Source: Selaginella moellendorffii (Eukaryota > Plantae > Lycopodiophyta). From it: a stretch of 64,000 nt of DNA. The stretch covers positions 22,002 through 86,001 of the forward strand of contig NW_003314288.1 in NCBI RefSeq assembly GCF_000143415.4, in the 5' to 3' direction. A program made the position numbers and the translations under genes. Shown here piece after piece: positions 13,196 to 25,751 of the stretch; the stretch's first letter is position 1; each line of letters opens with the position of its first letter. The notes under the pieces are model-generated. The model saw nothing but the letters and a program-made list of their open reading frames with translations. It made no database searches and was not told where the DNA came from.

Positions 13196-13427
13196 TATTT
13201 GAACTTAAGTTAATAAATTCTAAACAAGTTGTCATAGCTAAGGAAGAATTTTCTAGTGTATTTGATGTCAATTTCACATAAATTCTTCTTAGCTAGATTA
13301 CAAGGCATTCTCTATGGATCAATATCAAGTGAGCCTCTTTTGCCACTAGGTGGTTCAAGAAGATATATGACTTTGGCAAGTCATGTCATTAACCTGAAGC
13401 AAGAAATCAAAACTCAAATGCACACAC

Positions 13428-13580
<153 letters not shown>

Positions 13581-13974
13581 TATGAGCATGTTTAAAAGAA
13601 TGCATATAATTTTGGACCCCTACTAATAGAGCCTATAGGGCATCTTGAGAGGTTTGTGTCACATGGCTTGGCATTTCTATTTACTGTACAATCTTCAATT
13701 TGAGTATCCAAATGAATTTAGTGGACTAACTAAAAGTTATAAGCACTTAGATTGCTGAAATTAGTCTGCAAATTCTTTCTTATCTTTTGTGGCATTCATG
13801 CATCCCTTTGGCCTTGATGTTGGTTCCCTGCCCTATTCCAAAGTGGTAGAGGCTACAAGGTATGTGAGATTTGCAATTTCTTTCTCACTCTTCCATATTG
13901 TAGCACAAACTAATTTTTAGAATTGTTTGATATTTGACTAGATATAATTTTAATAAGAAAAATATTGTTTAGTG

Positions 13975-14145
13975 GCCCTTTGCGCCAGCTCCAACCCCTC
14001 TAGCAACAGTGGCAACTGTTGTCAAACCACTCTAGCTGGTAGTGCTGCTTTGTGATTCCTCCCACGTCCATGCTCCATGGCCAGCATCATCACAAACATG
14101 GCAAGCATGAGATGTCCAGACTATAGAAGGCTTTGATTTCATCAT
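13975..14145 (-). pseudogene. Degenerate paralog of the small secreted peptide gene at 15795-15974
   Basis: Shares GCGCCAGCTCCAACCCCTCT..GTGGCAACT and CCATGGCCAGCATCATCACAAACATGGC. Has frameshifts and an in-frame stop (WFDNSCHCC*RGWSWRK). Confidence 0.75.
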
Positions 14146-14822
14146 AGTTGTTTGTTGTCTATGCCTTTGCAAAGGTGCATAATCCCAGTTTGTGGAGGTC
14201 CTGGCATGTCTGGTTTAGGCTACAATCTTTTGGTTCTCCGAACATCTTCCCATTTACCTAGAACCACCTATTAAGGAAAATGGGTTGCCAGGCTATTCTT
14301 TGGAATGGGGCTGTTTTTGGAACAGCTTGCATTTGAGTTGACACCAGTTTTTTTAAGAATGTACATATTTTTAACTTTGCATATGAAAGTTTATTTGGTG
14401 CCCAATTTGGGTGTCTATCAAGTGTGTTCATGATGATTTAGAAGGTCCTTAAAGAACTAGTTACGTAGTGACATTCTCCATGGTTAGTTCCCTAGCATGA
14501 GCATCCACATGAAGATTTTGAAGAGGAGCACTTTGCATTGTTCTTCAATATCTATGATTTCTTTGTGGTTAGGTAATGTGGCAAATCACCAGTCCAATTT
14601 AGCTCTGCCTCTCAAGACACATGAGAGCCATTCCAAACATATGTCCTAATGAGCTAGTTCATTTTGTAGCTCATTCTTTGGTCCATATTCCAGCACAATG
14701 CCAAGAACTAGATTGCACTGAGTATAATGTTATTCACGATTATGCAGCGCATTGAGAAAGATAGTTTCCTGCTTTCAAACATGTTCTCTTGATCATTTCC
14801 TGATTTCAATCTGTCTTCCACC

Positions 14823-15393
14823 CATAGTTGCCGGAAAACGTATGAAACTAAAAAAACGTAACGTTTTAAACGCGTTAAAAAACGCCGTTCCTATTTGCAA
14901 AAAGAGACAAAGGTTTCTTTAGGGTTTTTTTAGGGTTTCTTCAGGGTTCATGTAGTTATGGCAGGAATTGGAGGACGCCGCGAATGCTGGAGCTGGAAGT
15001 ATGTGATACGAGTAGAGTGGCACTGGACATGTAAGTATTGTCATGAGATTCACACTGGGGGAGCGGAACCAGTGCGAGCACATCTTGCTGGAGTTCAGGC
15101 AAGAGGTGTGAAAACGTGCAAGGCAATGAGGGAGATCCCTTATGAAGTTCTTAAAAAAGCTTGCAGCAGTTTTTCCGATTTCGAGCTAGCATCTTCTTTC
15201 ATTTGTTTTAGTATGTTATTTGGTTGGGTTTTATAAACTTAATATCAGATTAAAGTGTCTTTAGTAAATATTAGTGTTTTCTTAATCATCTTAGGCTTTA
15301 ACATGTAAACGTTTGATTGTCCTGAAAAAAACGTTTTAAACGGCATTTAAACGTGGACACGTTCGAACGTTTGCACGTCTAGCTGCAACTATG
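14823..15393 (+). mobile_element. Internally deleted hAT DNA transposon (571 bp) retaining the BED zinc-finger 5' end of the transposase
   Basis: TIRs CATAGTTGC / GCAACTATG, perfect 8-bp TSD CTTCCACC (14815-14822 / 15394-15401), clustered AAACG subterminal motifs at both ends. ORF 14958-15236 has W.CKYC..GG..VRAHLAG...VKTC. Confidence 0.9.
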
Positions 15394-15794
15394 CTTCCAC
15401 CTCACTAGACAATCATGCTTGGAGACACTCCACTTGCCCGAGACCCCTTTCCATTGATGGTGGACAATATCATTTGCACTCTCCCCAATATGATCTTTAG
15501 ACAAATCTTCAAGGCAAGAAGACTATTCCCCATCGTCACCCCCGAATATGAGGAACTCCCAGATCTCCATTGTGCCAAGCCAGTCCATATTATCCAAATG
15601 GAGAAGAAGATGGCAAACATAACCCTTATGTGGACAATTTATATATTATTGCTAGAACTCATCCAGCATTGCACGATACAGAAAGCACATTATCAGTGTC
15701 TTTATTCTTGTTTCCAGACTTTGGCACTGCAGAATGATGAAATCAATTACAATGCTGATTCTTAACTTGGGCTTACCCCGTGAAACGAGAGGTT

Positions 15795-15974
15795 TCAGTT
15801 GCGCCAGCTCCAACCCCTCTGGCAACGGTGGCAACTATTGTCATACCAATACCACCCCGACTGGCAGCGCTGGGCAGCAGCCTTTGCGATTCCTTCCACG
15901 TCCACGCCCATGGCCAGCATCATCACAAACATGGCGAGTGCCAAAAACAACACGAATAAAGCCTTGTTCTCCAT
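15795..15974 (-). CDS. Putative small secreted Trp/Cys-rich peptide (59 aa)
   Basis: MENKALFVLFLALAMFVMMLAMGVDVEG is signal-peptide-like and is followed by IAKAAAQRCQSGWYWYDNSCHRCQRGWSWRN. TATAAAT lies just upstream and a degenerate paralog lies 1.8 kb away. Confidence 0.55.
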   Translation of the reverse strand: MENKALFVLFLALAMFVMMLAMGVDVEGIAKAAAQRCQSGWYWYDNSCHRCQRGWSWRN

Positions 15975-16467
15975 GATTTGCTGACGGCTCATATTTATAG
16001 TTCGAGGCAGCTACAGGGACTCTGTAGTCAAGTTCCGTGTTTGGGAATTTCTTTTTTTTTTCCAGCATTATAAAAAAAAAAGAGAAGAAATTCCGAAACA
16101 CGGATAAGGACTGGGTTTTAGGTATGGAACGAGCAATCATAGATTAAACCATAACAAGCTTACTAGCAGCAAAAAGGTTGTTGTCGTCACGTTTGGGAGG
16201 AATCGCACCTCGAGGATGGCGCTGGTATGGATCGTAAGTTTCCTCTCGGGGATTATTTAGCAATTTATAATTCAAACCGTGATAACTATGAAGAACAAGT
16301 GACCACCGTTTCCTTTTTACAGAAACGAGCAGAAATCCAATTGCCCCATATGAAATGCCACCTTTGGAAACGCTTATTCGCCATTGACAAATCAAAGCTC
16401 TATCTTGTCAGTCGAGAGAGTTTACTGTATTCCAGGAAAACGCCGGTAAAAGCAAAGGAAACGATTG

Positions 16468-18197
16468 ATGAGAGGAATCACTATCACGCAGACGTACCAA
16501 TTGAAGCCTCTAGAACAGGCCGTGGACGATCTAGAGCGGCGTGCATCGTCGCTCGACGACGACTACGCGCAACTCCTCACAGCTTGCATCCAGGAAAGAG
16601 ATTTGCGCCAGGCTCCACGCGCTCATCCTTGGCAGCAGCCACCACCAATCCAACAGGTACCTCGCAAATCTTCTCATACAGCTCTATGGAAGGTGCGAGC
16701 GCGCGGATCGAGCATGGTTTATCAGCATCCACGAGCCCAACAGATTCTCCTGGAACTTGATGCTTGGCGCTTATGCCCAGAATGGGTATCTCGAGGAAGC
16801 AAAAGAGCTGTTTGACCAGATGCCACAAAGGGATCTTGTTGCATGGGTCACTGTTATCTCGGCTCTGCAAACCGGGGAAACGTGGAGGAATGCCAAGCAT
16901 TGTTTGATCAGGTTCCAGAATGGGATGTAGTTTGCTGGAACTCGCTACTTACAGCATATGCCCATAACGGATCAAGCAAGCCAGGTCTTTGATGGAATGC
17001 TAGAACACAACATAGTTTCTTGGACTGTTATGGTTACTGGGTATGCAAGAAAAGGTCTTGTTAACGATGCGCTAAATTGGTTTATGAGAATCCCCGAAAC
17101 CAACGAGCTGGGATGGACTGTTCTTGTCACTGCATATGCCCAGCTTGGGCATATTGAAAAAGCCAAGGAGCTTTTCAGTAAAATGGCACACCGCGACTTA
17201 ATCTCGTGGAACGCAATGCTAGCGGCAACGTCCAGCCTGCAAGAAGCGGGGTCTCTGTTTGATGCCATGTCACAGAGGAACGTTGCATCGTGGTCGGCAA
17301 TGATCACAGCACTGGCTGAGAGAAACCAGCTTGAAGAAGCTCGCATTCTCTTCGATCGAGCTCCTTATCACGATGACGTGGTGTGGACTGCCATGATTTT
17401 GGCCTACTCCAACCACGGCCACCTCGAAGAAGCCCTGAAGATGTTTGCACGGATGCCACAGTGCGATCTCGTCGCTTGGACGGCAATGGTGGCGGCAATT
17501 GCTTTGCACGGGAGCTTGATCGATGCCAGAGCCTTGTTCGACAAAATGCCACAGCATGATAGCGTCACGTGGAACACGATGCTGGGAGCTTACATCCAGA
17601 GCAATTGCCTCGTCCAAGCATGGGAGCTCTTCGCGGCCATGCCAGTGAGAGACACAGCGAGCTGGAACGCAATCCTTGCCGCGAGCACTCAAAGGGGGAA
17701 TCTCTTGCAGGTCGGGAAGATCTTCTCCACATTTTTGTTGTGGAACGCGCTGATCCATGGCTGCGCACAGAATGGCCATGAGCAAAAAGCTGCTGAGTTC
17801 TTTGGCAGCATGGCGATGGAGGGCGAGGCGAGAAACGTGATAAGTTTCCAGGCAATTCTCCTGACTTGCTATCACGGTGGGAAGCTCTGTGTGGCACTCG
17901 ACTACTTTTGATCTATGGTGGCCGAGTACAGCATTTCTCCAAATGTGATTCACTTCCAGGTGATGGCAGATGGTGCTGGGACAAGCCAGGCTGGTTGCCG
18001 AGGCTGAAGGCCTGCTGCTGGTGATGCCCTTCCAGCCGCATTTCCTCGCGTGGAAGAGCTTGATCAGCGCTTGCAAAGTTCATGGTAGCGGTAAGAACAT
18101 CGATGTTGCAGCTTGTGCTGCAGAGAAACTCTTGGAGATGAAACCAGGGGACTCTGATGCTCTACGTGCTCATGTCAAATCTGAAAAGCAGCTGTGA
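16468..18197 (+). pseudogene. PLS-class PPR gene with E-type C-terminus, frameshifted
   Basis: Tandem S-type motifs (AKELFDQMPQRDLVAW; ARALFDKMPQHDSVTWNTML) and an E-like tail (AEGLLLVMPFQPHFLAWKSLISACKVHG). Split over ORFs 16465, 16541, 16958 and 17970 by frameshifts, with TGA at 17909-17911. Confidence 0.85.
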
Positions 18198-18272
18198 TGA
18201 GTCCATTTGGCCAGTTAACTTTCTATCAATGTAACATATGCGAAAGTACAATATTAAAGAAATAAATATCTA

Positions 18273-18988
18273 TGTGAGGGCCAAGTGTATGGCTATGCTG
18301 CCATATATTAATATTAGTATAATGGGATTTTGGTAGCTGTCGGATTGATTTCAATCCGGACCATTCGCTCCTATATATAAATTAGGGTTCTTGGGCTAAT
18401 TAAAATGCATATTTTTTGTATTCTCTTTCCATATTCCAAGCATTCACATTGGTGGAAGTGAGGGGCACCTTTGATTGTCCCTAAGAAGTGCTTGAATTTG
18501 GGATTTTGGTTTAGATCTTAGTTTTTTCCATTTCCTTCTTTTTGTTGTTCCCTTTTAGGATTTTGGTTTAGATCTAGCTTTTTGTATTGTCTAGATCTAC
18601 CATTTCCTTCTAGTTTTTTGTCATTTCTCTTCTTTTGCTCTTTCTTTTTCGTTCACTTTATGTCAGATAAACCCTCAAAGAAACAAGGTACCATCTCAAG
18701 CTTAGTATAATGGACCACTATCAAGAATCTAGTGCAAACGTCGAGCATTATCCCAAAAATGATATGTGGCAATCATCGTGAAGTGATTGAACCAATAGTA
18801 CACATCATCCTTAGGATTCCTGCGAAAGAACTCTAGCCGAATGCGAGGATTGACACCAAGAGGAGGAGGAGTTCTACCACATGCCATGAATGCCGCCATC
18901 AATTGAGTTTGGTTGTTCAATTGCAAGTGCATAGCATCAAGCAATTGGACCAACTGCTACTTCAGAGTCAAAGGAGGAGATTGTTGTT
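18273..18988 (+). mobile_element. 5' fragment of a short-LTR Gypsy family (LTR 18273-18448, PBS, leader, inverted gag start)
   Basis: LTR TGTGAGG...CATTCACA followed by TGGTGGAA (tRNA-Ala-like PBS); homologous to 37975-38142 and 42300-42970. Confidence 0.75.
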
Positions 18989-19582
18989 TGCCCATTGAGG
19001 TGTTGAAAAGGGTTATAGTATTCACTTACTATGGCTTGTTAGTGAATCTATTAACACTTGGAGTAAATTATTGAATAGAGAAGTTAAAACATTGACATTG
19101 CTAGCATTTGTGTTAGTAGAAGTGGCATTGTAGTTTTGAGTGATGAAGAATTTTCCTTAGATCTTGATTTTCTATGTCATTTTTCTTGTTAGTGTTTTAG
19201 CTTTACATTGGATCTTGAAGATGGTTGAAGAAAAGTGTTAATTCAATATGGATATTCAAAGATATGGTCTTTGTGATCAAGCCTTGGATGTTTATTTATA
19301 TTTCGCAGATGTTGGTGTTGGATGTCATAAATATAGGCAAGATTTCGATGCTTAAATATGCTACTAGGTCATAAAACTTTGTGTTAATATGTGAAGTTGT
19401 TAGTAGGAGGAAGTTAGTTGAGTCTTGAAAGTTTATATTCCTAAACTTAGAGTCATTATTTCTTTAGGATGAAAGATTTCCACAAATTTTCTTAGACTTT
19501 TTCAATAACTAATATGTTGATCATTTTTGCCTGAAAACCATTCCACTTTTGTAAGTTAGTATAAATTAGTGAACTTCGGTTA

Positions 19583-20718
19583 TGTAGCACACGTGGTTTT
19601 GACCTTTTATCCTATGGTGATTTACCATAGGATAACACCACGAAGCGGAACCTAAGCCCTCTTTATACCATGTGACACATGCCACATGTCATATGCCACA
19701 TGTCCAAAGGACAGTGGTGCGGAACCCAAGGTTCAGGGCCTTGGGCCACTGAATGAAGGAACGGTGCCAAACTCCCAAGCATAGAGCCAAGAAGTGACGG
19801 AACCGAACCATGGAGCAACTCCCGAGCATACAGCCCAAGGAGTGAAGGGACAGGAGCCTGGAGCGACTTGGAACAGTCCTAGAGCAACTAGCATCTCAAT
19901 GCCAGGACCAGCACGCAAAACGGAGCCAAACGGAGTCTAGCTCTATTTCAGCATACTGGTGGCCTAACGCGAGGATATAGGTACCCCACCAACTAGCATG
20001 GTATGGAACTTGGGCTTAGACCTAAGCCAAACACAGAACAAGGACAGGCACACAAGTGAAAGCTAGACTATGCCTTAGGTTGGTTGGCCATGCCCAACCT
20101 ACCCACTATTTCTACTATACATTTAGAACCCCTTATAACCCCCCCCTGAGGAACACACACTTTGGGCTTTCACCTCAAGCCTCCTTTAGTACCAGGAGTT
20201 AGTTTTTGGTCGAAACTTACTAAATATGGAATATCCCTAGATTGTGAATTTAGACACGGGATGAACACCATTGTGTTCAGGCCGATCTCTACATTCCGTA
20301 GATGTGCCAAATGAGCAAATCTGGACACTTTCCATAAATAGCATTTGGGACCGAAATGAGACTAACACAAAGGGCATGATAGCGAAGGTGTTTGGCAGAC
20401 ACGGTAAGCTATCATACAGCGATATTGAGGGACCAATCTCAATACGTGAGGGTTCTTGTCAAGCTAGTGCAAGACAGAGCAAAAGAGAACTAACAAGCTG
20501 GGCCAAGTATGCTCAGCTAAATAAACACTTAGGAATTCCTTCCTTCTCCTCATCTGGCCAAGTACAGATGCTAAGCCCAGTTTACTAACACTTGAACAAG
20601 AGGGACTAATAAAGGGAACCAACAATACCAACCTCCTGCCATCGTGGCAGTAAGGTAAGAGTGTCCGTAAGGACTGGCTGACAGGTAACTTTCGATACCC
20701 GAAGTCACATTCGCGACA
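19583..20718 (-). mobile_element. Solo LTR of the LARD family
   Basis: TGTAGCAC...TCGCGACA with perfect TSD GGTTA (19578-19582 / 20719-20723). Confidence 0.92.
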
Positions 20719-23081
20719 GGTTAGCTTAGACCTTAGTATGTAGTTTGTATGACCCGAAAGGGATATTAACTTTTGAGGGTAAAGCAATTAAGTTGGATAG
20801 AGTTTAGAGTTAGTGTAAAAAAGTGGTTACGCTTTTCTAGAAAAATAACCCTTGCACATTTCATCTGTAGCGTTATGTTAGGTGGTAAGTTGCACTTTGC
20901 ATTTCATTAGACTTTATGAGAGTAGTAAGCTTTCACTGATCTTGATTTGGTCTTGGTGTCCTTGCACCTTAGCTAAGGATGGTGATATCCAACTTAGTTA
21001 TTTATAGTTAAAATGTTGGTACCCATACTATGGTTTTATCTATGAGGAGGTTGTGTCCTAATATGAGTCCATCTCATGGTTTTCACTTTAGTTTCGGCTA
21101 AGTGTTGATCATGTATAGCTAGCCTCTTCAAGGCATGCTCAAAGCTATTAGCTAAATGTGGTTATTTAGTTCGTATTTGTTTATGTGCCTATATCTCGTA
21201 CCTGAGGTATTACATTCATATTGGACAAGTGTATAACTTGATGACATGAGTTTAGTGTTTGGGTCTTGTGAAGGTAAGTTGAAGAGTGATTGTTAGTTGC
21301 TTTGCAACTAGTAATTATTTGTAGATTTTGTCTAGGACTATTGACACTTTCTTTGCTCAATGAAGATTTATCAGTGATGGGCTTGTTTTGCCAAATGGTG
21401 TTGCAAAAAATCATGTCATTAGACTTATATAGTTTGTATATCGACTCTACTTTTATTGATATTATTTTGTTACATTTAGTCCGTGGTGTTGGATTTCATT
21501 GAGTCTTGGATATGGTGAAACACTCCTTGATGATGTGTTATCTGAAACTAAGTATTATTGAAGAATTGGTTTCAGATATTGATTAAGGTATCTTTAACTT
21601 TAGTTAGTAGAGAGCTTTGAGTAGTGATTCGTTTTTGTCTTCTTTTAGCTTTGTTCTAGTGTTGATAGCATTGAAGTGATGCCTTATCATTGATATTATT
21701 AATGTTGAGATTCGAATGAAATGAAATATCTCTCTTTAAGATTGATATTGACTTTCATTAGTCTTGATGAAGATAGTGTTGATGATTTGGCTATAGCTTT
21801 GTATTATTGGCATTTGTGCATTTGTTAGTTAACAACTATACTGACGTTCAAAGAAACTGAGTGGCAGGTTTGAGTTAGTTATATTCTAGGTTGGATTATT
21901 TAGTAGGGGTTGAGTGTTAGCTTTTCCTTGAAAAATGATTTAATCATAAACTATGCTAGCTTTACGAGAGGAAAAGTTAGTGATCAATATTGGAATGTTT
22001 GAATCCTTGTTGGATTTGAATTGGGATATATTGACCATTAATGATGCTTGTTATGAAATAAATTACGTTTTGCTATAGAAGATAGATTCATGGAGGATCA
22101 GTTTGATGATCACTTGTTAAGCATAACTTTGTTGTATTTGGCTTTTGGATTGATGTAGATATGCTCTTCATTAGTTTTCCATTATGAGGTTTAACTTATG
22201 GATGTGTTGAGGAGGATATTATGGGTTGTACCATGATTTCTTCTTCAACATTGAAGTTAGTTCATGTGAGACTCATGATCATTATTAAGCACGACTTGGC
22301 TATATGCTTCTTCAAGCTTTTGGTTCTTTGAGTTTTTATGCTTATTGTTCTATTTATTAGAAGTTGTTGGGGAAGGTATTTTGGCTCATAGCTTCGATGT
22401 AAACTTCATAATGCAAAACTAATTGAAGAGCATTTCTACATCAATCCAAAAGCCAAACATAACAAAACTATACTCAATAAATGATTACCAAACCAATCCT
22501 TGAAGTTAATATTTACATTTGGCAATCATTGGTGATGATTGACTGTCATCTAGGATAATTGATTATCCTTGTTAAAGGTTTTGCTAAATTGTTGTTGATA
22601 TAAAATGATTTGAAATTCTTCAGATTGGTGAATTCTTTCTTCAACAATGGTTATGCATATTTAATTTGATAGGATGATTAATGATCTTTTATGATAGTTA
22701 GTAATTCTCTTTGATGGCTTATGGTTATTCACAATACCACATATTCTTTATGATTTGCTCTGGATTGGTCTTTTGGGTTTGAGACATTGGTAAGATATTA
22801 TTGATGCTTGCTTAAGCAACTCAAGTTCTTTCGTATTGTTGACTGGGATCTATTTAGATTGACTAGTGCGATAGTTGATATGAATAAGTGTTTGTTTGCT
22901 TTGCAATATTCATTTTATTCTTATTTGATTGTTATTCGAGTTAGTTCTGATAGATTTGGATGTTATTTCCTTCAGGTGATACATTTGCAAGTATTTTGCT
23001 TGCTAGTCGATGATACTTATGTTCTTTGAGTTATGTTACACAAGTTTTTTGGCACGCTATCTACAATTTTTGATAGTTAAG

Positions 23082-25751
23082 TGTTATGAATGTGACTTCG
23101 GGTATTGAAAGTTACTTGTTGGCTAGTTTTTATGGACACTCTTTCCTTACTGCCACAATGACAGAAAGTCAATATTGCTGTACCCTTTATTAGTCTCTCT
23201 TGTGCTAGTGGAGTTAATTGAGCATTTCAAGTGTACTTAGACCGGACGAGCATAAGGACGAAATTCCTACGTGCTATTAGCTAAGCATATTTAGCCTGGT
23301 AAGGAATTCCTGTCTTGTTGTGTCTTGCATTGGCTAGTGACAAGAACCCTCATGTATTGAGACTAGTCCCTCAATATTGCTGGATGATAGCTTACCGTGT
23401 CTGCCAAACACCCTTGTTATCATGCCCTTTGTGTTAGTTTCATTTTGATCCCAAATGTTATTTATGAAAAGTGTCTAGATTTGCTCATTTGGCATAATTA
23501 TAGAATGTAAAGATTGTCTTGAACACAATAGTGTTTGTCCCATGTCCAAATTTGCAATCTAGAGATATTCCATATTTAGTAAGTTTCGAGCTTATCCAAA
23601 ATACTAACTCTTGGTACTAAAGGAGGCTTGGGGTGAAAGCCCAAAGCGCATGTTCCTCGAGGGGGGGCCCAAAGCATGTGTTCCTTGTGTGTTCCTTGTG
23701 TCATTGGCTTGCACTTGCTAATATCAAGAACCCCCGTGATATTGAGATTGGTCCCTCAATATTCACTAAATGATAGTTTACCGTGTTTAAATACCCTTGC
23801 TATCATGCCCTTTGTGTTAGTCTCAATTCAGTCCCTATCGTGAATGTGACTTCGGGTATCGAAAGTTATCTGTTAGCTAGTCCTTTTAGATATTCTTTCC
23901 TTACTACCACGACGGCAAGAGGTCGGTATTGTTGGACCTGTTATCAGTTTCCCACTTGAGTTAGTTGAGAAACTGATCAATGACCATGTACTTAGATTGG
24001 ATAAACATAAGGTAGGAACCTTATATGTTTCTTGCTAAGCATACTCGGCCTGGTTTGAGAAACTTGAGTCATTGGCTTGCACTTGCTAGTATCAAGAACC
24101 CCTGCGATATTGAGATTGGTCCCTCAATATCACTAGATGATAGCTTACCATGTCTGCCAAACACCCTCGCTATCATGCCCTTTGTGTTAGTCTCATTTCA
24201 GTCTTAAATGCTATTTATGGAAAGTGTCTAAATTTGCTCATTTGGCATATCTACGGAATGTAGAGATTGACCTGAACACAATGGTGTTCGTCTCGTGTCC
24301 AAATTCGCAATCTAAAGACATTCCATATTTAGTAAGTGGATGACAAAGTTTTGGTAAATATGAAAAATCTTATTTTTCAAGCTTGTCCCAGAGACTAACT
24401 CCTGGTACTAAGGGAGGCTTGGGGTGAAAGCCCAAAGCGTGTGTTCCTCAAGGGGGGGGGCTGTGGGGGGTTCCAAATGTATAGTAGGGATAATGGGTAG
24501 GTCGGGCATGGCCGACCAACCTGAGGCATAGTCTAGCTCCCGCTTGTGTGTCTCTCCTTGTTCTGCGTCCGGCTTGGGTCTAAGCCCAAGCTCCACACCA
24601 TGCTAGCTAGTGGAGTACCCATATCCTCACGTTAGGCTACCAGTATGCCGAAATAGCGCCAGACTCCATTTGGCTCCGTTTTGCGTGCTGGTCCTGGTAT
24701 TGGGATGTTGGGTGCTCTAGGACTGTTCCAAGTTGCTTTGGGCTCCTGTCCCTTTGCTCCTTGGGCTATATGCTTGGGAGTTGCTCCGTGGTTCGATTTC
24801 GTCACTCCTTGACTCCATACTTGGGAGTTTGGCACCGTTCTTTCGTTCAGTGGCCCAAGGCCCTGAACCGAGGGTTTCACACCGCATTCCTTTGGACACG
24901 TGGCATAAAGAGGGTTTAGGTTCCACTTTGTGGTGTTATCCTATGATAAATCACCATAGGATAAAGGGTCAAAACCATGTGTGCTACAGTCCCAGATATT
25001 AATTATGGAAAGTATTTAGATTTGCTCATTTAGCATATCTACGGAATGTAGAAATTGGCCTGAACACAATGGTGTTCGTCCCATGTCCAAATTCACAATC
25101 TAACGTTATTCCATATTTAGTAAGTTTCAAGCTTATCCCAGAGACTAACTCCTAATACTAAGGGAGGTTTGGGGTGAAAGCCTAAAGCATGTGTTCCTCA
25201 AAGGGGGGGGGCATGTAAGTGGTTTCAAATCTATAGAAGGGATAGTGGGTAGGTCAGGCATGGCTGACCAACCTGAGGCATAGTTTAGCTCCCGCTTGCA
25301 TGTTTGTCCTTGTTCTGCGTCTAGATTGGGTCTAAACCCAAGCTCCACACCATGCTAGCTAGTGGAGTACCCATGTCCTCACATTAGGCCACTAGTATAC
25401 TGAAATAGCACCAAACTTTATTTGGCTCCATTTTGTGTATTGGTCTTGGCATTGGGATGCTGGTTGCTCTAGGACTGATCCAAGTTGCTCCATGCTCCTG
25501 TCCTTTCACTCTTTGGGCTATATGCTCGGGAGTTGTTCCATGCTCCAGTGCCATTGCTCGTTAGCTCCATACTTGGGAGTTTGGCACCATTTCTTCATTC
25601 AGTGGCCCAAGGCTTTGAAACTTGGGTTCCACACCATTGTCCTTTGGACATGTGGCATATAACATGTGGCACATGGAGGGTTTAGGCTCTGCTTTGTGGT
25701 TATCCTATGGTAAATCACCTAGGATAAAGGGTAAAAACCACGTATGCTATA
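23082..25751 (+). mobile_element. Composite LARD-family LTR remnant (partly duplicated LTR) containing a further nested solo LTR
   Basis: Starts TGTTATGAATGTGAC, ends ATGCTATA, perfect TSD TTAAG (23077-23081 / 25752-25756). LTR sequence restarts near 23698. Confidence 0.82.
23836..24988 (+). mobile_element. Solo LTR of the LARD family nested in another LTR of the same family
   Basis: TATCGTGAATGTGAC...GTGCTACA with perfect TSD GTCCC (23831-23835 / 24989-24993). Confidence 0.9.

Noticed and set aside
24415-24500. Hammerhead ribozyme (retrozyme) in the LTR module
   Set aside because: A GAAA hairpin is present but I found no CUGANGA core or three-stem arrangement.
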